From Oligoflexales bacterium (GTDB lineage: Bacteria > Bdellovibrionota_B > Oligoflexia > Oligoflexales > Bog-1112): a DNA stretch of 64,000 nt. The notes below the pieces were generated by a model, which searched no databases, was not told where the DNA came from, and saw nothing but the letters and a program-made list of their open reading frames with translations. The stretch spans positions 1-64,000 of the forward strand of contig JBGCDR010000060.1 of NCBI GenBank assembly GCA_045105515.1, read 5' to 3'. Shown one piece after another: positions 1-9,436 of this stretch (position 1 is its first letter; every line of letters starts with the position of its first letter). The position numbers and the translations under genes are program-made.

Positions 1-37
1 ATTTCACTTGTCTTTCCGGTAACATGAAAATAAACAT
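1..37 (-). CDS. Possible 5' end of a gene running off the window start (MFIFMLPERQVK...)
   Basis: Minus-strand ATG at 37 preceded by GGGAGG about 7 nt upstream; the frame is open to position 1. Too short to assign. Confidence 0.35.
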   Translation of the reverse strand, partial: MFIFMLPERQVK

Positions 38-272
38 ATCAAGCCCTCCCAGAATTACGTTTGGGATCAGCTTATCAATATTTACATAATAATCATATAA
101 AATAATAATATTAGCTGGTTAAAAAATTAGACAACTCTAACATATTAACCTTATTGACTATTTTTAGTCTTAGCCGGATATTCGCTCTAATTATTTCCTG
201 GTCTTACATTATCAATTACCATAATAAATTAGCACACCAAATTACGTCAAAGACGAATTTTTGATAATTTTT

Positions 273-1166
273 TTATGAATATTTTTTGTTTTGGATAAAA
301 TGACAAATATGTAGGTGCCAGTGCCGATTTATTGCTGACTGTAGGTAAATAACTGCTAAAGGAGGCACTAAGGAAAGTAAAAAAGACAGTAATGGTGAGG
401 TTCGACGATAATGGTTCTGAACTTCCATTTGCAAGACTAAGCGAGCCAAGGAATAAATCTTAAACATATGCGGGCCAGGAATCATAACCTTCCAAAGACC
501 CTTTAAATTCTCGAGCGCATTAGGGTCGTCAATATGGTATGAACATTCGATCATTGCTTGCTCGTACCATGATTTCCACCCATATCCAAAAGTTGCAATC
601 ATCTTGAGTATTAATGTTAAGGGATTATGAAGAGACCCTAAACGTAGCCTACCTTTTAAGATAAGGTGATGGTAAGCAAGGGTTTGTTTGAGATTTTCAA
701 TCTGCTTTTCATTTTCGCTATTTTTTCTTATTTCAACTGCTGGTTTCTTAGTAATTTTTTTTAAGTGGAGATTTGTTGCGACATCCCTTTCGCTAGACCA
801 ATGATTTGTTTTCTTTGTTCCTAGATGCTTGCTACGTATTTTTTTTTCAATAGCAAAATTTTTCCTAGGATCCTGCTTAAACAACTTTCGAGAAAGTTTA
901 CCTTGATTTTTATTAGTGTCAGATAGCCCAACTTGTTCCCAAAATATTTTTTGTATCGGTCGATAATCATACCAGCGACTGAGCCCTTTTCTTGATACCG
1001 AGATTCGATCGCCATCGAAGCTAGACTTTTTATATCCGAATACCTGATCAGCATTATATGGGCCGGACACCTCTCCTTGGCTGTAAATATACCAGCCATC
1101 AAGCCAAAGCTTACCTTGGTTGAATACTTCATGATTAAAGCTCATATTTAAATTGTCAGCATTCAT
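273..1166 (-). CDS. GYF_2 (DUF4339)-domain membrane protein
   Basis: N-terminal WYIYSQGEVSGPY...W motif of GYF_2, a basic linker, and C-terminal hydrophobic segments ending LQSAINRHW (DUF4234-like). Confidence 0.6.
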   Translation of the reverse strand: MNADNLNMSFNHEVFNQGKLWLDGWYIYSQGEVSGPYNADQVFGYKKSSFDGDRISVSRKGLSRWYDYRPIQKIFWEQVGLSDTNKNQGKLSRKLFKQDPRKNFAIEKKIRSKHLGTKKTNHWSSERDVATNLHLKKITKKPAVEIRKNSENEKQIENLKQTLAYHHLILKGRLRLGSLHNPLTLILKMIATFGYGWKSWYEQAMIECSYHIDDPNALENLKGLWKVMIPGPHMFKIYSLARLVLQMEVQNHYRRTSPLLSFLLSLVPPLAVIYLQSAINRHWHLHICHFIQNKKYS

Positions 1167-1361
1167 TTGCTCAGCCGATTCTGCCTTTGGCTAAAATTAA
1201 GCAATCCGTAGCCCTTCGCTCAAAATTAAAACCTGAACTCAAGATCCTGGATTATTCCAGAGGCATTTTCAATTTATGTTTGTATAATAACTATAACAGT
1301 TTCAAATAAAGTCGTCAGGTTTCCGTTTGAATTCTGTACACACAAATATAAGGCAGTAATC

Positions 1362-2903
1362 ATGGCATCCCTTAACCAGCATTTAGTAACAGGCAGTTAC
1401 CCCGTTGAGTGGCATGGCCACTACATTGATGGGGAATGGAAACAGGGGGAAAAAAAGCATGAGGAAAAAATTTCCCTGAACCCGAGCAGGGGGACCCCAC
1501 TCATGGTTTTTACAACTGCTAATGAAATGATGGCCCAGGCAATCGACGCTGCTCATGCAAGTTTTGGATGTATGCAAGAAATTGAATTCGATCAACGAAT
1601 TGAGATCATAAAAAGAATGGCTACACAGTTCCAAAGCAACAAAGATCTTATCGCGAAATGCTTGCAGCTTGAAATTGGTAAACCAGCTTGGGAAGCCCAC
1701 CACGATGTCGAAGCGACCTGTAATTATTTAGAATGGTGCGCGGCTCATGGAGCGAAAATCAAAGATAACCTGCTTGCTCCAGCTATGGTTGGCAATAGCA
1801 AACCAGGGGACTATAACCTTCACCCTATTGGAGTAAGCACCGCTTACCTACCATTTTCAACCCCAACGACAAGTTTTGGATTCTATTTCACAGGAGCAAT
1901 AATCGCCGGTTGTCCGATGATATTAGTATCCTCAACCCAAGCTGCTCTTTGTACTATGCTTTTTACTGAAATGGTGAGTAATCTGGACCTTCCAAAAGGC
2001 ATTTTTAATACTGTTTTTGGAGGTTTTACTGAATTCAAATCTGCCCTAAACGATACTCGTGTTAAAGCTGTAATATATACCGGCTCTAAAGAGCATTGCG
2101 ACAAACTCAGAAAAGATTACAAAGGATTTAGAAATAGGCAACTCATTCTGCAGTCAGGAGGAAAGAATGCAGCTCTGGTCCATTCGTCTGCCGATATTGA
2201 CAAAGCTGTAAGAAATATTATTTATGGAGCATTCAAATCTGCAGGTCAACTTTGTTCTTCTACTAGCAGAGTTTTCGTGTTCCGTTCTCAACTCCCAGAA
2301 TTTGTCGAAAAAATTTCAAAGGCTGTTGGCAATATAGCCATTGGCCCTACCGATAATTTAGAAGATGGACTTAAAGACGGTCCATTGATGGGCCCTCTTT
2401 ATAGTAAAAAATCAGTGGAAAAGTTTCTAAGATTTCAGACTATGGCACGACGAGATGCAATGGAAACCATTCACTGGGGCAAAGAATTCAACGAAGGAAG
2501 CGGAGGATTCTTTGTCTATCCCGGTGTACATCTTATGAAAGAATTTGACAGCAATAGTGCTTTTCAAAGCAATATTCTATTTTCTCCAGATATTGCAATT
2601 TACAGCTATGATATTCTTAACGAAGCCATCGAAAAAATGAACGCTACCGAATCATGCCTATCAATGTCTTTCTTTGGCGATGCTCATATCTTAAAAGACC
2701 GATCACACCTGTTCCATGCTCCTAATCTTCTTGTGAATGCACCTACAACCGAACTAGAAGCTAACCTCCCCTTAGCAGGACGTTCTTTAAGTGGCCATCA
2801 TCGCTACCATGGCCCTGGGCTGACGCTGTATCTTTCCTATCCGCAAGCATTCCGTGATAACCCTGAAGACTCTGAATTAATAATGACTTGGCCTTGGCCC
2901 TAA
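1362..2903 (+). CDS. Aldehyde dehydrogenase family protein (AstD-like) with degenerate catalytic motifs
   Basis: YIDGEW, EIGKP, YTGS, GGKNA and AGQLCSSTSR (catalytic Cys) are present; LQSGG replaces LELGG. Confidence 0.85.
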   Translation: MASLNQHLVTGSYPVEWHGHYIDGEWKQGEKKHEEKISLNPSRGTPLMVFTTANEMMAQAIDAAHASFGCMQEIEFDQRIEIIKRMATQFQSNKDLIAKCLQLEIGKPAWEAHHDVEATCNYLEWCAAHGAKIKDNLLAPAMVGNSKPGDYNLHPIGVSTAYLPFSTPTTSFGFYFTGAIIAGCPMILVSSTQAALCTMLFTEMVSNLDLPKGIFNTVFGGFTEFKSALNDTRVKAVIYTGSKEHCDKLRKDYKGFRNRQLILQSGGKNAALVHSSADIDKAVRNIIYGAFKSAGQLCSSTSRVFVFRSQLPEFVEKISKAVGNIAIGPTDNLEDGLKDGPLMGPLYSKKSVEKFLRFQTMARRDAMETIHWGKEFNEGSGGFFVYPGVHLMKEFDSNSAFQSNILFSPDIAIYSYDILNEAIEKMNATESCLSMSFFGDAHILKDRSHLFHAPNLLVNAPTTELEANLPLAGRSLSGHHRYHGPGLTLYLSYPQAFRDNPEDSELIMTWPWP

Positions 2904-3039
2904 TGTCCGATAGTATAGCCAATATTATAGTTTAGATTGACTTCCTACTCATAAGTCTCAGTCATCCCGAAAAAATCTATGGGACCTTCACTAAATTGGC
3001 TGAGACCTCTCAATGGGTAGGAATGGCCTGGGGACAGTT

Positions 3040-4827
3040 ATGAACTTACCAAGTGGAATATTAGAGAAAATTGAATACTGGTCGAAATCTTCTGCTTTTG
3101 ACCCTAAAACTAGAAAAGAGGTTCAAGATTTATTTGAGCAGAACAATGAAAAAGAATTAACAGACCGATTCTATCAAGACCTCTCTTTCGGAACCGGTGG
3201 TATGCGCGGTATTATGGGCGCTGGCACTTGCCGGATGAACATCTACAACATAAGCAAAGCAAGCACTGCACTCGGTCTTTATTTAAAAGAATACTCCAAG
3301 GACCGTTCCGACCAGTTAAAAGTTGCTATTGCATACGATTCCCGCAATCATTCGAGAGAATTCGCGAAAAAATCAGCTGAAATACTTGCGGCACTTGGAA
3401 TACAGGCAATAATAACCAGACAAATGCGCCCCGTGCCCATGCTCTCGCTTATGGTCAGGCACTATAATTGTGATGCTGGAATTTGCGTGACTGCAAGCCA
3501 CAACCCTCCTGCATATAATGGCTTTAAGGTTTATTGGAAAACAGGTGGCCAGCTGACCCCTCCTCATGATCAAAACATCATCGACTTTTACAATAATATC
3601 AAGAATTATGATAACCTAGCATGCCTTGAGTACGAAAAAGGAATTAAAACAGGGCTTATTAAAGAAGTACTTGACGAAGTAGATGAGGCCTATTTTTTAA
3701 AACTGCAATCGCTAAAACTGCAGAACTATGAAAAACACCCTTTAAAAATTGTCTATTCACCCATTCATGGCACCGGTATATTTGCAGTTCCTAAGGCACT
3801 ACATTTATTTGGTTTTCCACATGTGGATATTCCTCCAGAGCAAGAAACACCTGATGGTAATTTTCCTACAGTTAGCTCACCTAACCCGGAGGACAAAGAA
3901 GCTCTCAGCATGGCGTTAAACCTAGCAAAAGAAAAAAATGCCGACTTAGTTCTTGCTACAGATCCTGACACAGACCGCATTGCATGTATTGTAAAAGAAG
4001 ACTCCGAATATATAAGCTTCAATGGAAATGAACTTTGCTGTTTACTAACTGAATATATATTATCAACTTTAGTAAACCGCAATACGCTTCCTAAAAGCCC
4101 ACTAGTAGTTTCTACAATCGTAACTACCGACCTTCATAAAAAAATCGCAGAGTACTACGGAGTGCACTGTGAGCAAACACTTACGGGATTCAAATGGATT
4201 TGTAAGCTAGTAGAGGATTACGAGCAAGGCATCCGCAAGCCATACCGCAGTTTTATTTGCGGCGGAGAGGAAAGTTACGGCTTTTTAGTTGGAAACTTTG
4301 TTCGCGACAAGGATGCTATTAGTGCCTGTGCTTTAGCTGCTGAGATGGTTGCGTTTTATAAAGACAAAGGCTTACACCTCAGTGGAGTACTTGACCAAAT
4401 TTTCTTACGTCATGGAGTATACGGCGATTTACTTCACAATGTGGTATTGCCCGGTAAGCAAGGTTCTCAGAGGATCGAAAGAATGATGGAGCAATTTCGC
4501 AATACCCCTCCCGAAATTCCCAGCGTAAGTATCACGAAGGTAAGAGATTTTCTAACAAAGTCAGAGAAGATTCTTAATCTCGGAAAATGGGAAGAACAAG
4601 CATTCGATTACCTGCCGTCTTCCAATGTCCTCCAATATCACCTAAGTGATGGCTCGAAGATAAGCATTCGTCCTTCTGGAACAGAACCAAAGATTAAATT
4701 CTACTTTTCCATGCGAGTTGATGTAGGGTCTGATGAAAATGAACTGGCCCAAGCCAAACAAGCTTGCAAAGATAAGTTGAAGATGGTTACTACGGAGTTT
4801 ATAAAGATTGCTGAAGCTACCACATAA
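3040..4827 (+). CDS. pgm: Phosphoglucomutase/phosphomannomutase
   Basis: FGTGGMRG, TASHNP (phospho-Ser), DPDTDR metal loop, GGEES, RPSGTEPKIK. Start moved to ATG 3040 (track gives 3013). Confidence 0.92.
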   Translation: MNLPSGILEKIEYWSKSSAFDPKTRKEVQDLFEQNNEKELTDRFYQDLSFGTGGMRGIMGAGTCRMNIYNISKASTALGLYLKEYSKDRSDQLKVAIAYDSRNHSREFAKKSAEILAALGIQAIITRQMRPVPMLSLMVRHYNCDAGICVTASHNPPAYNGFKVYWKTGGQLTPPHDQNIIDFYNNIKNYDNLACLEYEKGIKTGLIKEVLDEVDEAYFLKLQSLKLQNYEKHPLKIVYSPIHGTGIFAVPKALHLFGFPHVDIPPEQETPDGNFPTVSSPNPEDKEALSMALNLAKEKNADLVLATDPDTDRIACIVKEDSEYISFNGNELCCLLTEYILSTLVNRNTLPKSPLVVSTIVTTDLHKKIAEYYGVHCEQTLTGFKWICKLVEDYEQGIRKPYRSFICGGEESYGFLVGNFVRDKDAISACALAAEMVAFYKDKGLHLSGVLDQIFLRHGVYGDLLHNVVLPGKQGSQRIERMMEQFRNTPPEIPSVSITKVRDFLTKSEKILNLGKWEEQAFDYLPSSNVLQYHLSDGSKISIRPSGTEPKIKFYFSMRVDVGSDENELAQAKQACKDKLKMVTTEFIKIAEATT

Positions 4828-4879
4828 ATTTTTTTGGGTTAAAAAGAGTAGATTAAATTATTCCTTGAAAAATATCTTA

Positions 4880-6022
4880 ATGTTTTTTTCAGGATTCCTT
4901 TCAGTGGGTCACATATTATTATCCCCACTGATACTTAACACAAGCTCTGCCTGGTCAAAAGACATACGTTTTCCTCCCTCAGTTATCAGACATAGCTCCA
5001 AATCATTTCCAAGTTATGATGGTCGGAAGCTCAAAGAATGGGGGGAGATCACAACATATTCCGAAGATATATCCACAGTCGATATCCGATCTTTTAAAAA
5101 ACCAATTGTTGAAAACGAAATCTTATATTTCATCCACCGTAGCAGCCAAAAAGTCATAGCTGAAGGGGTCGTAGAGAACATTCTAGAAAACAGAACTTAT
5201 GCGCAAGTTCGTATCCTTAAAGTAAAGAGAAAAACAAGCTCTTCTTCATTCCAACAGAGCGTTGCTGTCAGACTTATCCAAATTATTGAGAGCTACAAAG
5301 GAAAATCAAGTTATAGTAATAGACCTTTACAAGTTGCAGTAGGAGGATCTTCACAAAAATATCAAAGTTTAGATTTCCTATTGAAAAGCAATTTAGACAA
5401 GCGCATAATAAGAGCTCAAGGAAATCTTACTATGTATCCACCCTACGGAATCGGGTCAAAAATACTAAATCTGTTTGGCCTACGAATAGGCTACGCAAAA
5501 GACTTAGGTAGTAAAGTTAATTTAAAAACAAGCAACTCTTTTTCTAACAAAGCTAGCCTTTCCCATACTGAAACCCATATAGACTTAATTTATTCAAGCA
5601 AATATTTGAAATATTTCTCTAGTCTAACATTTTTTTTAAGGTGCTATAGCAATATCAAAGATAAAATAATATTATACGACGACAGTTCCTTAGTCTTAGA
5701 AGAAATTGAAATTGAAAAACAAGGCTACACAGCAGGCGGATCCTTATTCTACTCCCTAAATAGCACAGTTCTTGCTGGATTTAGTTTCATAGTTCCCATA
5801 AGCAATAAACTATCTATTACTGATCTTCAGCAATCTAGGGAATATTCGGGCAAAACAAGTACATTCGACAAATCGGTTCTTATTCAAGCTCTTTTAAATA
5901 AACAGGTAAAATTTTCTACGGGAATTACTCACAGAAATGAAGTTTATATTGATTTAGACAATGAAATTAATCGATCCTTTGAGGACACAATCGCATGGGG
6001 AATGCTAGGACTTATGTTCTAA
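4880..6022 (+). CDS. Hypothetical exported protein, probable C-terminal outer-membrane beta-barrel
   Basis: Signal-like N-terminus ending SAWS, alternating beta-strand pattern in the C-terminal half, terminal Phe (GLMF). Start uncertain (track 4808). Confidence 0.5.
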   Translation: MFFSGFLSVGHILLSPLILNTSSAWSKDIRFPPSVIRHSSKSFPSYDGRKLKEWGEITTYSEDISTVDIRSFKKPIVENEILYFIHRSSQKVIAEGVVENILENRTYAQVRILKVKRKTSSSSFQQSVAVRLIQIIESYKGKSSYSNRPLQVAVGGSSQKYQSLDFLLKSNLDKRIIRAQGNLTMYPPYGIGSKILNLFGLRIGYAKDLGSKVNLKTSNSFSNKASLSHTETHIDLIYSSKYLKYFSSLTFFLRCYSNIKDKIILYDDSSLVLEEIEIEKQGYTAGGSLFYSLNSTVLAGFSFIVPISNKLSITDLQQSREYSGKTSTFDKSVLIQALLNKQVKFSTGITHRNEVYIDLDNEINRSFEDTIAWGMLGLMF

Positions 6023-6130
6023 GATCAGCATGAAAGCTATTAATTGCAGTCTTAAAACTGTTTAGACAGCTAGTATTATACAATTGTTTTAGAGAGTTAC
6101 ACACATGCCCAGGCACCATATAGATTTACC

Positions 6131-6158
6131 TCAATTTCTTGGGATAGCATTCCGATAG
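6131..6158 (+). promoter_or_regulatory. sigma28/FliA-like promoter
   Basis: TCAA-N16-TCCGATAG upstream of the lipoprotein gene. Confidence 0.55.
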
Positions 6159-6358
6159 TTAACTTACTGCATCAACGTTCGCTGACCCTGTTGAGCTCGC
6201 TCAATGTAGGCTACGCAAATTTGTCATTTGTAAGTATCTAGCTAGGTACTTAAGAGGGAACCATGAGAGAGGGTACTAATTGTCTATATAACTCCATTTG
6301 AATTAAAGTTGAGAGGCCGATGTTTGTTTTCATGAGAAGAAATTCTTGTCCAGCATCA

Positions 6359-8398
6359 ATGAATAGAAATATTTTATTTAAATTCCTTATAGCTTTAGTG
6401 CTCATAATATCAACTATCGGCTGCCACCATGAAAATGAAACCGAATACTATGTAAATTCCAAAAGAGAACTAACCGTTGGCTTAGGGAATGCCGCTTTCA
6501 ATTTAAGAATACCACCATCTTTTTCTTTCTTTCAAATTAATAATGATGGTTTTGGAGTTCCTATCAACGGACGCTATGCCAACGATCATAAAAAGCTAAG
6601 CTTAGATTTAGATCTAAATTTAGCTTTGAATCAAAGTTTAAGTGTTGCAGACCAAATTGCTGGATTAACTGCTAAAACTAACACGACTTTATTAGAAGAA
6701 TCTTCTTGGCATGGAAAAACTTCTAAATCACTTCGGTTTGAATTAAGACCAGCCCTAGAAGAAGAAAAGCTTACCCAAAAATTATGGTATAGCCAAAGCA
6801 CAGTACCTATCAGTCACCTAGAATTCGCATCGAACACCTCTAAAATAAACTCGAAACTCCGTATTGAATTAGTGGAAGTTGGCTTTGCTAAGTTCTACGT
6901 TCACGACACGCTAGGTAATGCCATTCAAGGGGCAAAGCTAACGCCTCTGCTCGAATCAACAACTGACCTAGGGTTTGGTAACACTAGTTTGAGCCTTCAT
7001 GATCCATATAGGCCAGTGCGCTCAGCAACAAATATTCACGGTTTTGCTCAGGTCGGTCCACTATATATCAGTGATGAAAAAGCACATTTTCGTGTCCATG
7101 CTTGGGCACCTGGTTACTGTAGCTATATTACAGAGCCGGTCTTATATAGTGGCCTCGGAGAGGCAGCCCCCCAAATTATGTTAAAAAAATGCGATGAGAG
7201 AGAAGGGGTTCTATTTACAGCTGAGTTTTCAAATATGGAAAATACCTATAGAGAATTCCATGATTTAAAAGAATATAACATTGCCTACACTAATCAAGAT
7301 GAGCTAAGAATAAGGATAGATCACCATTTAGAAATTCCAAGTTCAGGTTTTATCGTTAAAATATTTGAAGGTTTTACTTATCCGTACCAATCTGATCCGA
7401 TATTTGAACATAAGTATGAACGATTTGAGAGTGAAATCTCAATTCCAACTCCTATTGCATTCAAGACAGGAAGTGCTTTAAGCGGCTCTTTTAGCATTGA
7501 TATTTTGACCAATAATAATTCCGAATCTAAGCAAAATGAATCAACAAGATTACTCGCAAAAAAAAATATTGGGAAACCTAGCTTAGAGTTTCTAGATTCC
7601 ATTATCATCGGCAATAACACCGGAGCGAAAAACATCATTTCTGGGACCGATAAAGGCGAATTCTTCATCAGGAGTGAAATGTGTAAAGATGGGAATTCAT
7701 TAGGATTCATGAATAATTTTCAAGAATATTTCTTCTCACTTTGTGAGGATTTAAAAGCAAACTTTAAAAGCAAAGAGATACAGCTATTTAGGGATTTAGA
7801 GCAACAAGGGGGTTATGAACGAATCAAAGTTTATCTTAAGGATAAATTCGGAAACATCAGTGATGATGATCCCAACGGAAATAATGAAAAGCAAATATTC
7901 GTCGATTATGGAGAACCTGAAATTAACTCTCTATCTCTCAAGTTAGGAATTCAAATAGGTTTTATTCAAATAGAGCAAATAATTGGTTCTGGGACCAACC
8001 TTGATCCATATCAATTTAACTCAGAAGAAACCTTGATCTTACAAGCTAAGCAACTGCAGAATTATAGATTTGGTTTTAGCAAACCAGCTAATTGTCTTCT
8101 GAGCAAAGGCAGCATCAAGGATGGAGAAGGTTCTTTAAATACTGGCTTGGAAATTTCAGGATTTTTAGTGAACCCAGAAATTTCTGACCAAACCTATGGA
8201 TGTCAGACCTCAGATACCACAAACATGATAACAATTGAAGATCAGATGCTTGAGTTTCCAATGCAGACAGACCAAAATGCTCTTTTTAAACTACAAATCA
8301 TCGACTCTGCTGGCAACCAATCTCAGCCATACACAATAAATATACCCTCCTGTTCTCAGATAGTTCCAGAAGGAACCCATGTATGCTGGAGCCCTTGA
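6359..8398 (+). CDS. Hypothetical large lipoprotein, beta-rich with paired Cys
   Basis: MNRNILFKFLIALVLIISTIG-C lipobox; carboxypeptidase-regulatory/Ig-like segments (DTLGNAIQGA...APGY; D-x-x-GN repeats). Track start 6320. Confidence 0.65.
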   Translation: MNRNILFKFLIALVLIISTIGCHHENETEYYVNSKRELTVGLGNAAFNLRIPPSFSFFQINNDGFGVPINGRYANDHKKLSLDLDLNLALNQSLSVADQIAGLTAKTNTTLLEESSWHGKTSKSLRFELRPALEEEKLTQKLWYSQSTVPISHLEFASNTSKINSKLRIELVEVGFAKFYVHDTLGNAIQGAKLTPLLESTTDLGFGNTSLSLHDPYRPVRSATNIHGFAQVGPLYISDEKAHFRVHAWAPGYCSYITEPVLYSGLGEAAPQIMLKKCDEREGVLFTAEFSNMENTYREFHDLKEYNIAYTNQDELRIRIDHHLEIPSSGFIVKIFEGFTYPYQSDPIFEHKYERFESEISIPTPIAFKTGSALSGSFSIDILTNNNSESKQNESTRLLAKKNIGKPSLEFLDSIIIGNNTGAKNIISGTDKGEFFIRSEMCKDGNSLGFMNNFQEYFFSLCEDLKANFKSKEIQLFRDLEQQGGYERIKVYLKDKFGNISDDDPNGNNEKQIFVDYGEPEINSLSLKLGIQIGFIQIEQIIGSGTNLDPYQFNSEETLILQAKQLQNYRFGFSKPANCLLSKGSIKDGEGSLNTGLEISGFLVNPEISDQTYGCQTSDTTNMITIEDQMLEFPMQTDQNALFKLQIIDSAGNQSQPYTINIPSCSQIVPEGTHVCWSP

Positions 8399-8491
8399 GG
8401 TAAATTTTTCCCATTCAAAGTGTTTTTTATGCCTTCTTTACTCACTTAAGTCCTATGCTAGAATAGTATTTAACTAAACGTTTATCTGGAG

Positions 8492-9436
8492 ATGCTCTTG
8501 CTCTCTTATATTAGACCAAAAAACCTAAACTTATCTGGTTTGTTCTTTCTTTTCATCTTTCTAGGTGACCTTGCCTTTGCTCAATCAAAACGATTTCGTA
8601 AGGCAACCGAAGACGACGATGTTGTAATAAAAAATAAACTTTTCCCTAAAAAAAAGAAAATAGAATTAGCAGGCCCTGATATCGGATTGATTCTTAATCA
8701 ATCATATGTGCAAAGCTTCGTCCTACATGCAAATATCAACTACTACTTTAATGAGGAGTGGGGATTTACCTTGGAAGGGGCGATGGCTATAAACTCTGAT
8801 AAGTCTGAACGCTATTGCATAGAAAGGTTCTACAACGACTTTCTCAATAACGTAGGATCTTCTTGCCCAGCTCCCGGCCAAGATCCTGCAGATCCACTTT
8901 ACACTACAGATGAGAACAATAACCCTGTTCCCTATAAGGGTGCAAGTTTTGGTCCTGCCTACGTTCCGATAAGAGAATTAGGAACGATTTTAACTGCTGC
9001 AGCTGTTTGGAATCCTGTATATGGCAAACAGCTAGCTTTCTTGACTAACACTGTATATTTTGATCTATTTATAACTATGGGCGGCGGGATCACTCAGTCG
9101 ACCTATTATCCAAAACAAATAAAACTAGGAAACGGCAATATCTCTAGAGGAACAGCACCCCCTGAAGATGAGATTGCCGAGACTTGTAGTGAAGATAACA
9201 TCCCCGGCGCTTGCCCACAGCTTGATGATAGTCACCTAGCGTATATCGGGGATAAAGGTAGACCTGAGGCAGTTGTAGAGTCGACTCCAACTATAACTCT
9301 TGGAGTTGGGCAAAAATTTCATTTCAAAAAACGCTTTAGCTTTAAAGCTGAAATCCGCAACTATACCCTTTTAGGCACCGCTTCCGGTTTCGATAGCTTT
9401 TTTATGACTTGGATTGGCTTGGGTGTACGTTTCTAA
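8492..9436 (+). CDS. Outer-membrane beta-barrel protein, TIGR04565 (myxobacterial GltA/B/H-like) type
   Basis: Signal peptide (AFA), VVIKNKLFPKK, YYFNEEWG, WNPVYGK...YFDLF, GVGQKF, terminal Phe. Confidence 0.75.
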   Translation: MLLLSYIRPKNLNLSGLFFLFIFLGDLAFAQSKRFRKATEDDDVVIKNKLFPKKKKIELAGPDIGLILNQSYVQSFVLHANINYYFNEEWGFTLEGAMAINSDKSERYCIERFYNDFLNNVGSSCPAPGQDPADPLYTTDENNNPVPYKGASFGPAYVPIRELGTILTAAAVWNPVYGKQLAFLTNTVYFDLFITMGGGITQSTYYPKQIKLGNGNISRGTAPPEDEIAETCSEDNIPGACPQLDDSHLAYIGDKGRPEAVVESTPTITLGVGQKFHFKKRFSFKAEIRNYTLLGTASGFDSFFMTWIGLGVRF

